Shown here: positions 8,463 to 17,066 of the stretch, in pieces
Layout of the letters: every line of letters begins with the position of its first letter
Numbering within the stretch: position 1 is the stretch's first letter
From: Minisyncoccota bacterium
GTDB lineage: Bacteria; Patescibacteriota; Minisyncoccia; Phycocordibacterales; Phycocordibacteraceae
Direction of reading: 5' to 3'
Length of the DNA stretch: 56,358 nucleotides
Assembly: GCA_041664865.1 (NCBI GenBank)
Contig: JBAYJU010000001.1
Location: 1-56,358 of the forward strand
Translations under genes and position numbers: made by a program
The notes under the pieces: model-generated
Seen by the model: only the letters and a program-made list of their open reading frames with translations
What the model was told of the DNA's origin: nothing
The model's database searches: none

Positions 8463-8702
8463 ATGGAGGCACTCGTATCGGCACTACCGTACGCGGAAAT
8501 AATCCTCTCAATACTCCTCATAGTCGGCATCGTGCTCCAGCAGCGCGGCGCAAACCTAGGAGGGGCCTTCGGAGGCGATAATTTCGCATCAACATTTTAC
8601 AAGCGCCGTGGCGCCGAGAAATTTCTATTCAATGCGACAATACTCACAGCGGTGCTCCTCGTACTCGCGGCGATAGCGAACTTCCTTCTGGCAGGATCAT
8701 GA
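8463..8702 (+). CDS. secG: Preprotein translocase subunit SecG
   Basis: ..LLIVGIVLQQRGANLGGAFGG.. signature. Internal ATG 8463 chosen (79 aa). Confidence 0.7.
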   Translation: MEALVSALPYAEIILSILLIVGIVLQQRGANLGGAFGGDNFASTFYKRRGAEKFLFNATILTAVLLVLAAIANFLLAGS

Positions 8703-10426
8703 CCGACGAGACTCGTTCTCCATGGAGAGAACAGCTTGCACGCACTCGTACTATACCGGCATTCGACCGTCTGCGCGTTTACGTTCGCGGGCTTTCGCTC
8801 GGTGATCGCGTAATATTCTATGCTCTAGCTGGAATCGTAGGCATTGTCTCCATCACTAGCCTGTTCGCACTTGAGCAGTCGCTCCTTGAAAAGATACCGA
8901 CATACGGTGGCTCTCTGGTCGAGGGCACTGTAGGTAGTCCGCAATTCATCAATCCGCTCCTCGCGATTAGCGATGCAGACCGAGACCTTGCGACACTTAC
9001 ACACAGCGGCCTCATGAGACTCTCTGGTTCCGGTACACTAGTCCCTGAACTTGCGGAGAACTACACCATAAGCGCCGACGGCAAGACGTACACATTCGCT
9101 CTGCGCAAAGGCATGAAATTCTCAGACGGAACGCCAGTTACTGCAGATGATGTCGTGTTTACAGTAAAGAAAGCTCAAGACCCAGCACTGAAGAGCCCCG
9201 AATACGCGGACTGGTCTGGAGTGAATGTGGTCGCCGTTGATTCACAGACCGTGCAATTCACACTCTCAAAACCATACGCACCGTTCTTAGGTCTCACGAC
9301 CATGGGTATTCTCCCGTCGAGACTATGGCAGGGCATCTCAGATGCGGAGTTTCCATTCTCTTCGCTTGAGACAAGCCCAGTCGGCACCGGACCATTCAAG
9401 GTAGCGAGCGTCTCGCGCAATGCATCAGGACTCATACAGAGTGTGTCTCTCATTGGGAATCCGTATTACATTTCTGGCAAGCCCTATCTCGACAGCATCC
9501 GATTCAACTTCTACTCTAATACCGAAGATCTCGCACGTGCGCTGACTAGTGGCGCGATTGAAAGTGCCTACGGAGTGACTACGCCAGGCGCCATGACGGC
9601 ACCATATGCTCGAGTGTTCGGCGTATTCTTCAACCAAAGTGAGAACCCGGTCTACGCTCGTACCGAAGTCCGCAAGGCTCTCTCGCTCGCGATTGACCGG
9701 CAAGATATCATCTCTTCGATGCTTAGCGGCAATGCAACACCAATCATGGGGCCAGTTCCGCCAGGCGGAGGGGTGATACAGGCTCCAGTGCCACAACCGA
9801 ATATCCCGTCTGCTTCAGCGGCGATACTCAGGGCGGCAGGGTGGACATACGACGGGGATGCGCGCGCATGGAAAAATGCGAAAGTGCCACAGACACTTGA
9901 TAAAGTCACCATCCGCACCTCAAATGTCCCTGAACTGAAGAACGTCGCTGGCGCTGTGAAAGCAAGCTGGGAAAAGCTAGGCATCTCAGTCACCGTAGAG
10001 CTATACGAGCCGGGTGACCTATCTCAGAACGTAATCCGTCCTCGCAAGTATGAAGCTCTACTATACGGCATGGTAATCGGGCGCGACCAAGATCTATACG
10101 CCTTCTGGGACTCGCAAGAGCAGAATGACCCCGGCCTCAACATCGCGCTCTATGCGAACAAGACCGTCGACACCCTACTTGAGCGCGCGCGAGGCACTAC
10201 AGACGATGAGGCTCGCCTGGCAGACCTACAGAAGATTGAAGACACCGTCGCTAGAGACTATCCAGCAGCATTCCTCTACGCACCGAATTTCATCTACTCC
10301 ATGCCCAGTGAGGTACGCGGCGTCTCGCTCCCGCAGATCATCACTCCAGCAGATCGCTTCGCAACTGTGACAGAGTGGTATCGTTATACCGATTCCGTCT
10401 GGCCATTCTTCGCTCCAAAAAAGTAG
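8699..10426 (+). CDS. ABC-transporter substrate-binding protein, family 5 (peptide/nickel type), membrane-anchored; no permease or ATPase nearby
   Basis: ..YTFALRKGMKFSDGTPVTADDVVFT.. motif; 575 aa. ATGA overlap with secG. Confidence 0.8.
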   Translation: MTDETRSPWREQLARTRTIPAFDRLRVYVRGLSLGDRVIFYALAGIVGIVSITSLFALEQSLLEKIPTYGGSLVEGTVGSPQFINPLLAISDADRDLATLTHSGLMRLSGSGTLVPELAENYTISADGKTYTFALRKGMKFSDGTPVTADDVVFTVKKAQDPALKSPEYADWSGVNVVAVDSQTVQFTLSKPYAPFLGLTTMGILPSRLWQGISDAEFPFSSLETSPVGTGPFKVASVSRNASGLIQSVSLIGNPYYISGKPYLDSIRFNFYSNTEDLARALTSGAIESAYGVTTPGAMTAPYARVFGVFFNQSENPVYARTEVRKALSLAIDRQDIISSMLSGNATPIMGPVPPGGGVIQAPVPQPNIPSASAAILRAAGWTYDGDARAWKNAKVPQTLDKVTIRTSNVPELKNVAGAVKASWEKLGISVTVELYEPGDLSQNVIRPRKYEALLYGMVIGRDQDLYAFWDSQEQNDPGLNIALYANKTVDTLLERARGTTDDEARLADLQKIEDTVARDYPAAFLYAPNFIYSMPSEVRGVSLPQIITPADRFATVTEWYRYTDSVWPFFAPKK

Positions 10427-10490
10427 TTTCTATTTTCGTACGGGTTTCAGTTTCGATTTATTAAATTACCCGAACAATTAATCAACAATT

Positions 10491-12431
10491 ATGCAACCAT
10501 CACCAGCACCGGCTCCAGCGCCGATCCATCCTACAGAGCCAGACACCAGCCCGCGACAAGCGGCGCCGAGAAGTGGCGCACGCCCTCCTCGCCCATTCGA
10601 TCGGAGCGGCCCACGCCCCTCTCGCTCGCCTGCCGGAAGCAGGCAGGGAGCAGCACGCCCAGGCAGCGCGACACGACGCATCCAGCGGATACTCCGCCGC
10701 CCCACACCTACACGAGTTCGTGCCTCTGTGGACTACTTCCCTGAACCAGCAGGGCCTACTACCGTGCGCATCATCCCACTAGGTGGTGTCGAGGAAGTCG
10801 GCCGCAACATGACAGCAGTCGAGATAGGCGCAACTGGCGACATCATCGTGTTCGACGCTGGATTCCAATTCGTCTCTGAAGATTCCGCACCAGGAGTCGA
10901 CTACATACTCCCGAACACGAAATATCTAGAGAAGAACGCTTCGCGAGTTAAGGGAGTCATCATCACACACGGGCACCTCGACCACATCGGCGGGATTCCA
11001 TTCCTACTTCCCCGCTTCGGCACACCACCTATCTACACACAGAACCTCACGTCGATCATGATCCAGCGCCGCCAGGAAGAATATCCAGACGTTCCCAAAT
11101 CTGAAATGGTCATCGTAGAAGCCGGGCAGTCTGTCACGATCGGCTCGACGCGTGTTAAGTTCTTCCCTGTAACACACTCGATCCCAGACTCGATGGGCGC
11201 ATCTGTGGAAACACCACAAGGGAACGTCATCGTCTCTGGAGACTTGAAACTCGACCACGAAGACGGAATACCGTCTGAGCGCGAACAGAAGACCTGGGGA
11301 GATCTCGGCAAAGACAAGAATATATTCATGGTCGCCGACTCGACCAATGCCGAACGAGACGGGTTCTCTATCCCTGAAGCGCGCGTAATCCAGACACTCG
11401 AAGATATAATCAAGACTGTCTCTGGACGCCTAATCATCGGCACATTCGCGTCACAGTTCGAGCGCATGATTCACATTATGGAATCCGCTGAGAAGCACGG
11501 AAAAAAGATTATCCTAGAGGGGCGATCTATCAAGACCAATCTTGAGATTGCCGAGAAGACAGGTCTCCTCAAGGTGAAGAAGGAGACGTTCATCCAGTCG
11601 CAAGACATCGGCAATTATTCGCCAGACAAGATAGTCATACTATCGACCGGCGCGCAGGGGGAGGAATTCGCAGCGCTCATGCGCATCTCGACCGAACAGA
11701 ACAAATACATCACGCTAAACGATCGCGACACTATCGTGCTCTCATCGTCTGTCATCCCTGGAAACGAAATCTCCGTGCAGAAGTTGAAAGACAATCTCTA
11801 CCGACACAACGTGACGCTCATACACTATCGCTCATCAGACGTGCACTCGACTGGCCACGGGAACTCGGGCGAGCTCGCCTGGATAAACAAAATGGTGCAT
11901 CCGACATTCTTCATGCCAGGCTACGGCTACCGATCTATGACTACCTGCCACGCAAAGGCTATCGAGCAGTCTGGCTTCCCGCGCGAGAATATAATTATCG
12001 CGGACAACGGCTTCGTCATCGACATCGAGAATGGCGACAAGCTGAATGTGCACAAGCAACGAGTGCCTTCCGCTCCTATGGTCGTCGACGGATTCACTAT
12101 TGGCGACATACAAGAGGTCGTGATACGCGATCGCCAGTCGCTAGCCAAGGACGGCATGTTCGTAATCATCGCGAGCGTGAACCTGAAGACCGGCAAACTC
12201 CGCAAGTCGCCAGATATCATCAGTCGCGGATTCGTGTACCTACGAGAGTCACAGGACCTCTTGAATGAGGCGCGACTTCTGATCAAGAAGACGATTGAAG
12301 ACTCGACGCACAACATGAACCCTATCGACCTCGACTATGTGAAAAACAACCTCACCGACGTCATGGCGGGGTTCCTCTTCGCCCGCACCAACAAAGCCCC
12401 GATGGTGATTCCTGTCCTCATCGGTCTTTAG
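10491..12431 (+). CDS. rnj: Ribonuclease J with Pro/Arg-rich N-terminal extension
   Basis: Metallo-beta-lactamase HGHLDHIGG plus beta-CASP and C-terminal domain pattern. The first ~90 aa are low complexity (PAPAPAP, RPPRP). Confidence 0.85.
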   Translation: MQPSPAPAPAPIHPTEPDTSPRQAAPRSGARPPRPFDRSGPRPSRSPAGSRQGAARPGSATRRIQRILRRPTPTRVRASVDYFPEPAGPTTVRIIPLGGVEEVGRNMTAVEIGATGDIIVFDAGFQFVSEDSAPGVDYILPNTKYLEKNASRVKGVIITHGHLDHIGGIPFLLPRFGTPPIYTQNLTSIMIQRRQEEYPDVPKSEMVIVEAGQSVTIGSTRVKFFPVTHSIPDSMGASVETPQGNVIVSGDLKLDHEDGIPSEREQKTWGDLGKDKNIFMVADSTNAERDGFSIPEARVIQTLEDIIKTVSGRLIIGTFASQFERMIHIMESAEKHGKKIILEGRSIKTNLEIAEKTGLLKVKKETFIQSQDIGNYSPDKIVILSTGAQGEEFAALMRISTEQNKYITLNDRDTIVLSSSVIPGNEISVQKLKDNLYRHNVTLIHYRSSDVHSTGHGNSGELAWINKMVHPTFFMPGYGYRSMTTCHAKAIEQSGFPRENIIIADNGFVIDIENGDKLNVHKQRVPSAPMVVDGFTIGDIQEVVIRDRQSLAKDGMFVIIASVNLKTGKLRKSPDIISRGFVYLRESQDLLNEARLLIKKTIEDSTHNMNPIDLDYVKNNLTDVMAGFLFARTNKAPMVIPVLIGL

Positions 12432-12436
12432 CCGAT

Positions 12437-12459
12437 TGTGGGGTTTCGTAAACCCCACA
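12437..12459. repeat. Palindromic unit (TGTGGGG..CCCCACA family), copy 1
   Basis: tgtggggttt-cgt-aaaccccaca. Its reverse complement matches 13368-13390 at 22 of 23 positions. Confidence 0.8.
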
Positions 12460-12479
12460 TAGCAGAGTGAAAGCAGAAA

Positions 12480-12511
12480 GACCCAGCAACCTAAAGGTTG
12501 CGGGGTCTTTT
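12480..12511. terminator. Bidirectional terminator hairpin
   Basis: gacccagcaacc-taaa-ggttgcggggtc followed by tttt; between convergent rnj and the membrane-protein gene. Confidence 0.65.
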
Positions 12512-12538
12512 CGTAAAGAGCGAGCGCAAGAACATTGT

Positions 12539-13264
12539 TCAGCTTGCAAGAAATGCCAGCAGACTGACCACCATGCAACCGAAATAGATACACTTCCCGA
12601 TGCAGTTTAGTTTCTCTTTCTTCTCTTTTCCTACCGCGTTTACCTCAGCGCTAAGACATAAAGGAATAGAAATTCCAGCAACAACACCGGCAGTAGCAGC
12701 CATGACACTGAAGGGAGAGAAAACCAAAGTGGTATAAGTCCATGTGAATATCGGGCAAACAAAAGCAATAAGTAAAAGTATGAAACCTACTAGACATACC
12801 CAATCATGCACTTTCTCCTTCTGAGCTAAATTGAACACCAGAACCAGGAACAACTCTTCCGCCAGAAACGCTACCAACCACAACAGAAAAAACGGATTAA
12901 AACCAATCTGTGGTCCTAGATTTAGGTCGCGCACCAGATGTATGCCTGCAGCATCTTTAATGACACCAATGTCAACAATGTCCTCTGTTCTGACATGAAG
13001 CATCCCGACCCGTTCACCGTGCGTACTGTGTGTCTTTATCGGCACCACTGTGTCAGGATTGTTGTACGCCTCCTTCCATTTGTCGCCGTAATCGAGCACG
13101 CCCGTATCGAACACTTGTTCGATACGTATGGTGTTTGGCGACCGCGGATACACGATCATCAGCTCGCCAGTCCCCAATTCCTCAACGATTACAGTTTCGG
13201 CAAACGCCACCCACGAAATCATAAGGGCGGCAAACGCCCCCAACAACACCATGATTTTCTTCAT
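12539..13264 (-). CDS. Hypothetical membrane protein (signal peptide, extracytoplasmic domain, about 4 TM)
   Basis: Start at ATG 13262-13264 behind GGGAGG. Begins MKKIMVLLGAFAALMISWVAFA. GC looks lower than in the neighbours. Confidence 0.6.
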   Translation of the reverse strand: MKKIMVLLGAFAALMISWVAFAETVIVEELGTGELMIVYPRSPNTIRIEQVFDTGVLDYGDKWKEAYNNPDTVVPIKTHSTHGERVGMLHVRTEDIVDIGVIKDAAGIHLVRDLNLGPQIGFNPFFLLWLVAFLAEELFLVLVFNLAQKEKVHDWVCLVGFILLLIAFVCPIFTWTYTTLVFSPFSVMAATAGVVAGISIPLCLSAEVNAVGKEKKEKLNCIGKCIYFGCMVVSLLAFLAS

Positions 13265-13367
13265 CTCTTTTCCTCCCAATATTCTGTTTGAAAGACCAAA
13301 ATCGGCTCGCGCCAATCGTTTAATTTCTGATTTTAAGATACCACGCTTTGCGTAGCCTGTACAGAGA

Positions 13368-13390
13368 TGTGGGATTTACGAAACCCCACA
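13368..13390. repeat. Palindromic unit (TGTGGG..CCCCACA family), copy 2, inverted relative to copy 1
   Basis: tgtgggattt-acg-aaaccccaca. Confidence 0.8.
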
Positions 13391-13447
13391 TCCCCCGCGG
13401 CGCCTTCGGCGCCCCACTGTATTCTGCATGTGTTATTCTCATATAAA

Positions 13448-14602
13448 ATGTACGCGCGGAATAGTCTCACTATCGCCAACTTCTTCGTCGCCATCTCATC
13501 GACACTTGTTAGCTACACACTGCTCTCCTATCTATCAACATTTATCTCTGGCGTAAACATCGGCTTCGCTATCGCAGCCGGCGGAGTAGTCGCAGTCGTA
13601 GCGTTCTTGTTCCTACCGCCTCTAGTAATGCGATATGGCCCACAACAACTCGCACTCTTTGTTACTTTCATAGAAATGGTCATGCTTTTCGCTGTGGCCG
13701 CATCGCCAGGCACAATAGCAAGCGCAATTCTAGTCATTTTAGTATTGGCTCTCCAGCCTGTCGTCTACTACCAACTAGACCTATTACTTGAAGCGACAGT
13801 CAGCAATGAGGGCACTACCGGGCGTGTGCGCACTTTCTTCCTCACTGGTGGAAACGTGGGGGTGCTTGTCGCGCCCCTACTAATAGGAGCCTTGATGGCA
13901 AGCGGCGAAAACTACACAATAATATTCATGTCTGCGGCAGCAGTCCTTATGCCGCTCGTAGTCCTCTTCGCAATGCGACGCCTACCACAAGGAGAGACAC
14001 CAGAACGTTTTCCGATACGAGACACAATCAGGCACATCGCGCACGACCGCGACTTGGCAGCCGTAACAATCGGGCACTTTATTCTGTACCTATTTTACAT
14101 ATGGGCGCCGCTATACATACCAGTATATTTGCACTCAGTGCTCGGTATTCCATGGTCGACACTCGGCTGGATGTTCTCTGTAATGCTCCTGCCGTATGTG
14201 ATCATTGAATATCCTGCCGGCTGGGTCGCTGACCGAATCCTGGGAGATAAAGAAATGATGCTAGCTGGGTTCATAATCGCCGGCAGTGCACTTGCCGCTG
14301 TGAGCTTGCTCACTGCAACCTCTACACCGTTCATAATTCTCTCCGTACTCGTCGCCACGCGCGTTGGCGCTGCACTCGTAGAGAGCATGACCGAGGGGCA
14401 TTTCTTCCGACGCGTTTCTGAGAAGGACATCGTCTCGGTGAGTGTCTTCCGCGGCGTCTGGCCGCTCACTGATGCACTAGCGCCGCTCATCGGAAGCGCG
14501 ATTCTTATATTTGGCAATTATCAGCTCTTCTTCGTGGTAACCGGCGGCTTCGTCCTCGTCACAGGCGTCGTCTCTACGCTCTTCATAAGGGATTTCCGCT
14601 AA
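13448..14602 (+). CDS. MFS transporter
   Basis: About 12 TM segments with MFS-like topology. Internal ATG 13448 chosen, because the longer ORF begins inside the palindromic unit. Confidence 0.7.
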   Translation: MYARNSLTIANFFVAISSTLVSYTLLSYLSTFISGVNIGFAIAAGGVVAVVAFLFLPPLVMRYGPQQLALFVTFIEMVMLFAVAASPGTIASAILVILVLALQPVVYYQLDLLLEATVSNEGTTGRVRTFFLTGGNVGVLVAPLLIGALMASGENYTIIFMSAAAVLMPLVVLFAMRRLPQGETPERFPIRDTIRHIAHDRDLAAVTIGHFILYLFYIWAPLYIPVYLHSVLGIPWSTLGWMFSVMLLPYVIIEYPAGWVADRILGDKEMMLAGFIIAGSALAAVSLLTATSTPFIILSVLVATRVGAALVESMTEGHFFRRVSEKDIVSVSVFRGVWPLTDALAPLIGSAILIFGNYQLFFVVTGGFVLVTGVVSTLFIRDFR

Positions 14603-14672
14603 AGTAGCGTGCACCCAAAAAAGGTTAAACCTTGTCCCAAACAACGGCGTATATACAATCTGCTGTGTAGCC

Positions 14673-15329
14673 TTACTTCGCCTTCGGCCAGTGGAGCGCG
14701 GCAGGCGGCCAGAGCTTGGTGAGCGGATGATCGGAGCAATCGTGTTTGCGAGCTGGGCAGACATAGCGGCCATAGAGCACCAGACCGTTGTTCACATATT
14801 TCCAATCTTTCTTCTGGATGAGATCCTCTAGATCTTTTGAGATCTTGGTCGGGTCTGTGTTGTCTGTCAGGTCGAAGCGAAGCGCGAAGCGCTTCACATG
14901 CGTGTCTGTCGCTATTCCCTCCCACACATTGAAAAGCTCCCCGAGCACGACATGCGCGGTCTTATAGCCGATACCCGGGAGCGTGACAAGCTCTGCTTCT
15001 GTGCGTGGCACGGCTCCGCCGTGCAACTTTTGTATCTCTTGCGCCGCAGCTATTATGTTCTTCGCTTTGTTACGAAAAAATGGAATTGAAGAAATCTCTT
15101 TCGTAAATGTCGCCAGATTCGCCTCTGCAAAATCTTTGGGTGTCTTGTATTTCTCAAAAATCGTCTCTGTCAGTTTGTTCACAGCTCTGTCGGTGCACTG
15201 TGCCGACAGAATGACGGCGACGACAAATTGAAAGGGTGTCTTGTATGCTAGCTCGCTCTTCGGCTCCGGATACGCCTTCTTCAGATACGCTACGATCTCC
15301 TTCGCCCGCCGCCCTCGTTCATCACTCAT
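14673..15329 (-). CDS. nth: Endonuclease III (HhH-GPD glycosylase/AP lyase) with a degenerate Fe-S cluster loop
   Basis: ..LSAQCTD.., HhH LPGIGYKTAHVV (catalytic Lys) and ATDTHV (Asp). The C-terminus is C-x6-C-x2-H-x5-W instead of C-x6-C-x2-C-x5-C. The start has an 8-nt overlap with the upstream gene. Confidence 0.85.
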   Translation of the reverse strand: MSDERGRRAKEIVAYLKKAYPEPKSELAYKTPFQFVVAVILSAQCTDRAVNKLTETIFEKYKTPKDFAEANLATFTKEISSIPFFRNKAKNIIAAAQEIQKLHGGAVPRTEAELVTLPGIGYKTAHVVLGELFNVWEGIATDTHVKRFALRFDLTDNTDPTKISKDLEDLIQKKDWKYVNNGLVLYGRYVCPARKHDCSDHPLTKLWPPAALHWPKAK

Positions 15330-16491
15330 GGCCTTCGTCATATGGAAAAGCGAAACGGAAAAACGTCTGCAGAAGCGTCCCGGCCGCAAAAAGCGCGAGG
15401 AGTAGCACCACTGGCAGCCCTACAAATGGCACGAGCGATACGAGCGCAAGTATCGCCATGCCGGCCACGCCATCATGCCACAACACTTGCCTTCGCTTCA
15501 TGAATGTCCGCATAGCTATGCCGCCAGCCAATATTCCCGCATACATGACAGCCAGAAGGGCCAGTAGCGCATACAATATGAGCACCAATAGGGCGAGCCC
15601 GATGCCTACAAAAGTGAGCATGAGTAGCACAATCACAATCGGTGTGGCCACAAATATTGCGAAACCGAGCAGAGATGTGAGCAATATGTCACGCAAACGA
15701 TTCCTAGATACATTCTCGACAAGAGTTTCTGCAAACTTCGGAAACAATCCGGCAAGCAAACCAGCGAGGATGATGGCGCCTACGATTCGCGCAATGATGA
15801 AGAACCCGATACTCATGAACGCGAGCAGGCGCGATGTGCCTATATCTGGCAGATATGAAGCGTTCGTATATGTAACTCCTCCGGCTATCGTCGCAGAATC
15901 TGGAATCGTCGCCAAGTCTGGCGCTTCATAGGAAAGATTCCCGTGAATCGTCGTCCCAGGAGCAAGCGTCACGCGCCCACCAGCAACTACTGTTACGTCT
16001 CCAGCGAAATCACCGGCTAGCGATACATTGTTACCATAGATAGTGACCGGTCCCGATGCGCCTGCGTCGAGCTTCGTGTTCATCGCGATGATGAACACAC
16101 TCCCTTTTGTGTCGCCAGAGTCATGTACTGAGAGCCCGATTGCGACCAAGTCTCCCGCGACAGGTTTGCTGATATCAATGTTACCTCCGATACAACGGAA
16201 ATCCCCCTCAACGCTTGCTCGTGAATATATCGATCCGGCAAGTATGAGATTATCACCTGCCACAGGCGCAGCGGTTATGACGGAGCCGCCAAGAGCTGAG
16301 AAATCGCCTGCCACAGGCGCAGTCAATACAACAGATGCGCCAACCGCGTATGAATTCCCAGGAGATGAACTGGCAGCAATGAGCGATTGTGCCGCCTTAA
16401 AAGTCGCTGGCCCAACTACCGCCGAGTGAGCCGCCGACACGCTCACCGGTAGGAGAAAGGCGACGAGCGTGATGAGCAATGCGCGCGACAT
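15322..16491 (-). CDS. Membrane protein: signal peptide, repetitive bactofilin-like beta-helix region, C-terminal polytopic domain
   Basis: Recurring ..PVAGD..(L/I)xG.. repeats (APVAGDFSALGG, APVAGDNLILAG, KPVAGDLVAIG, LAGDFAGDVTVVAGG), followed by 5-6 TM helices. Confidence 0.6.
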   Translation of the reverse strand: MSRALLITLVAFLLPVSVSAAHSAVVGPATFKAAQSLIAASSSPGNSYAVGASVVLTAPVAGDFSALGGSVITAAPVAGDNLILAGSIYSRASVEGDFRCIGGNIDISKPVAGDLVAIGLSVHDSGDTKGSVFIIAMNTKLDAGASGPVTIYGNNVSLAGDFAGDVTVVAGGRVTLAPGTTIHGNLSYEAPDLATIPDSATIAGGVTYTNASYLPDIGTSRLLAFMSIGFFIIARIVGAIILAGLLAGLFPKFAETLVENVSRNRLRDILLTSLLGFAIFVATPIVIVLLMLTFVGIGLALLVLILYALLALLAVMYAGILAGGIAMRTFMKRRQVLWHDGVAGMAILALVSLVPFVGLPVVLLLALFAAGTLLQTFFRFAFPYDEGHE

Positions 16492-16497
16492 ACAGAA

Positions 16498-16977
16498 TTA
16501 CCCCGCAGGAGGCATCGATAGATGCTGCGTAGGAGTCTCATCTGGGTGCTGGCATGTCTTGCGAAGCGGCTCGATAAAACTTGCAAGAATGAGGACCAGT
16601 AGAGTAATACCAGCCGAAACGGCGCAATACGTACAAAATGCTCCTATGAAATATACCTGGATAGTTATGAAATACAGCGAAGCAAGAATGCCCAGAATCG
16701 CCATCAATTGAATGGCACGTCGCAATAGCCGATCGAAGAGAGCGAGCTCGAGAGCCGAGAGTACGAATAATATCCCATAGAAAAATACGCCATATTCTGC
16801 AAGCGATATGCCGAATAGATATGCATACGGACTGTTGGCGACCACATTACAACCGTCCAGATTCTGAACGGTACAGATTAGCGGTACACCATTTGCCTCG
16901 TGTTGAGCCAGATATGCTGAATCTGCAAGCCCGCAAAAAGCAAGCACCAAGATGAGCACCACCACAACACGTTTCAT
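16498..16977 (-). CDS. Vitamin K epoxide reductase (VKOR) family protein
   Basis: 4 TM, loop cysteines C-x7-C (LICTVQNLDGC) and the TM4 CxxC motif (CTYC). Start at ATG 16975-16977. Confidence 0.7.
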   Translation of the reverse strand: MKRVVVVLILVLAFCGLADSAYLAQHEANGVPLICTVQNLDGCNVVANSPYAYLFGISLAEYGVFFYGILFVLSALELALFDRLLRRAIQLMAILGILASLYFITIQVYFIGAFCTYCAVSAGITLLVLILASFIEPLRKTCQHPDETPTQHLSMPPAG

Positions 16978-17066
16978 ATCATCCAGAATACCCGTCTTGC
17001 CACCTCGGTGCAACAAAAGCTTTGTTATATTCCTGCCACACAAATCTGCTAGACTGAGATGATTCT

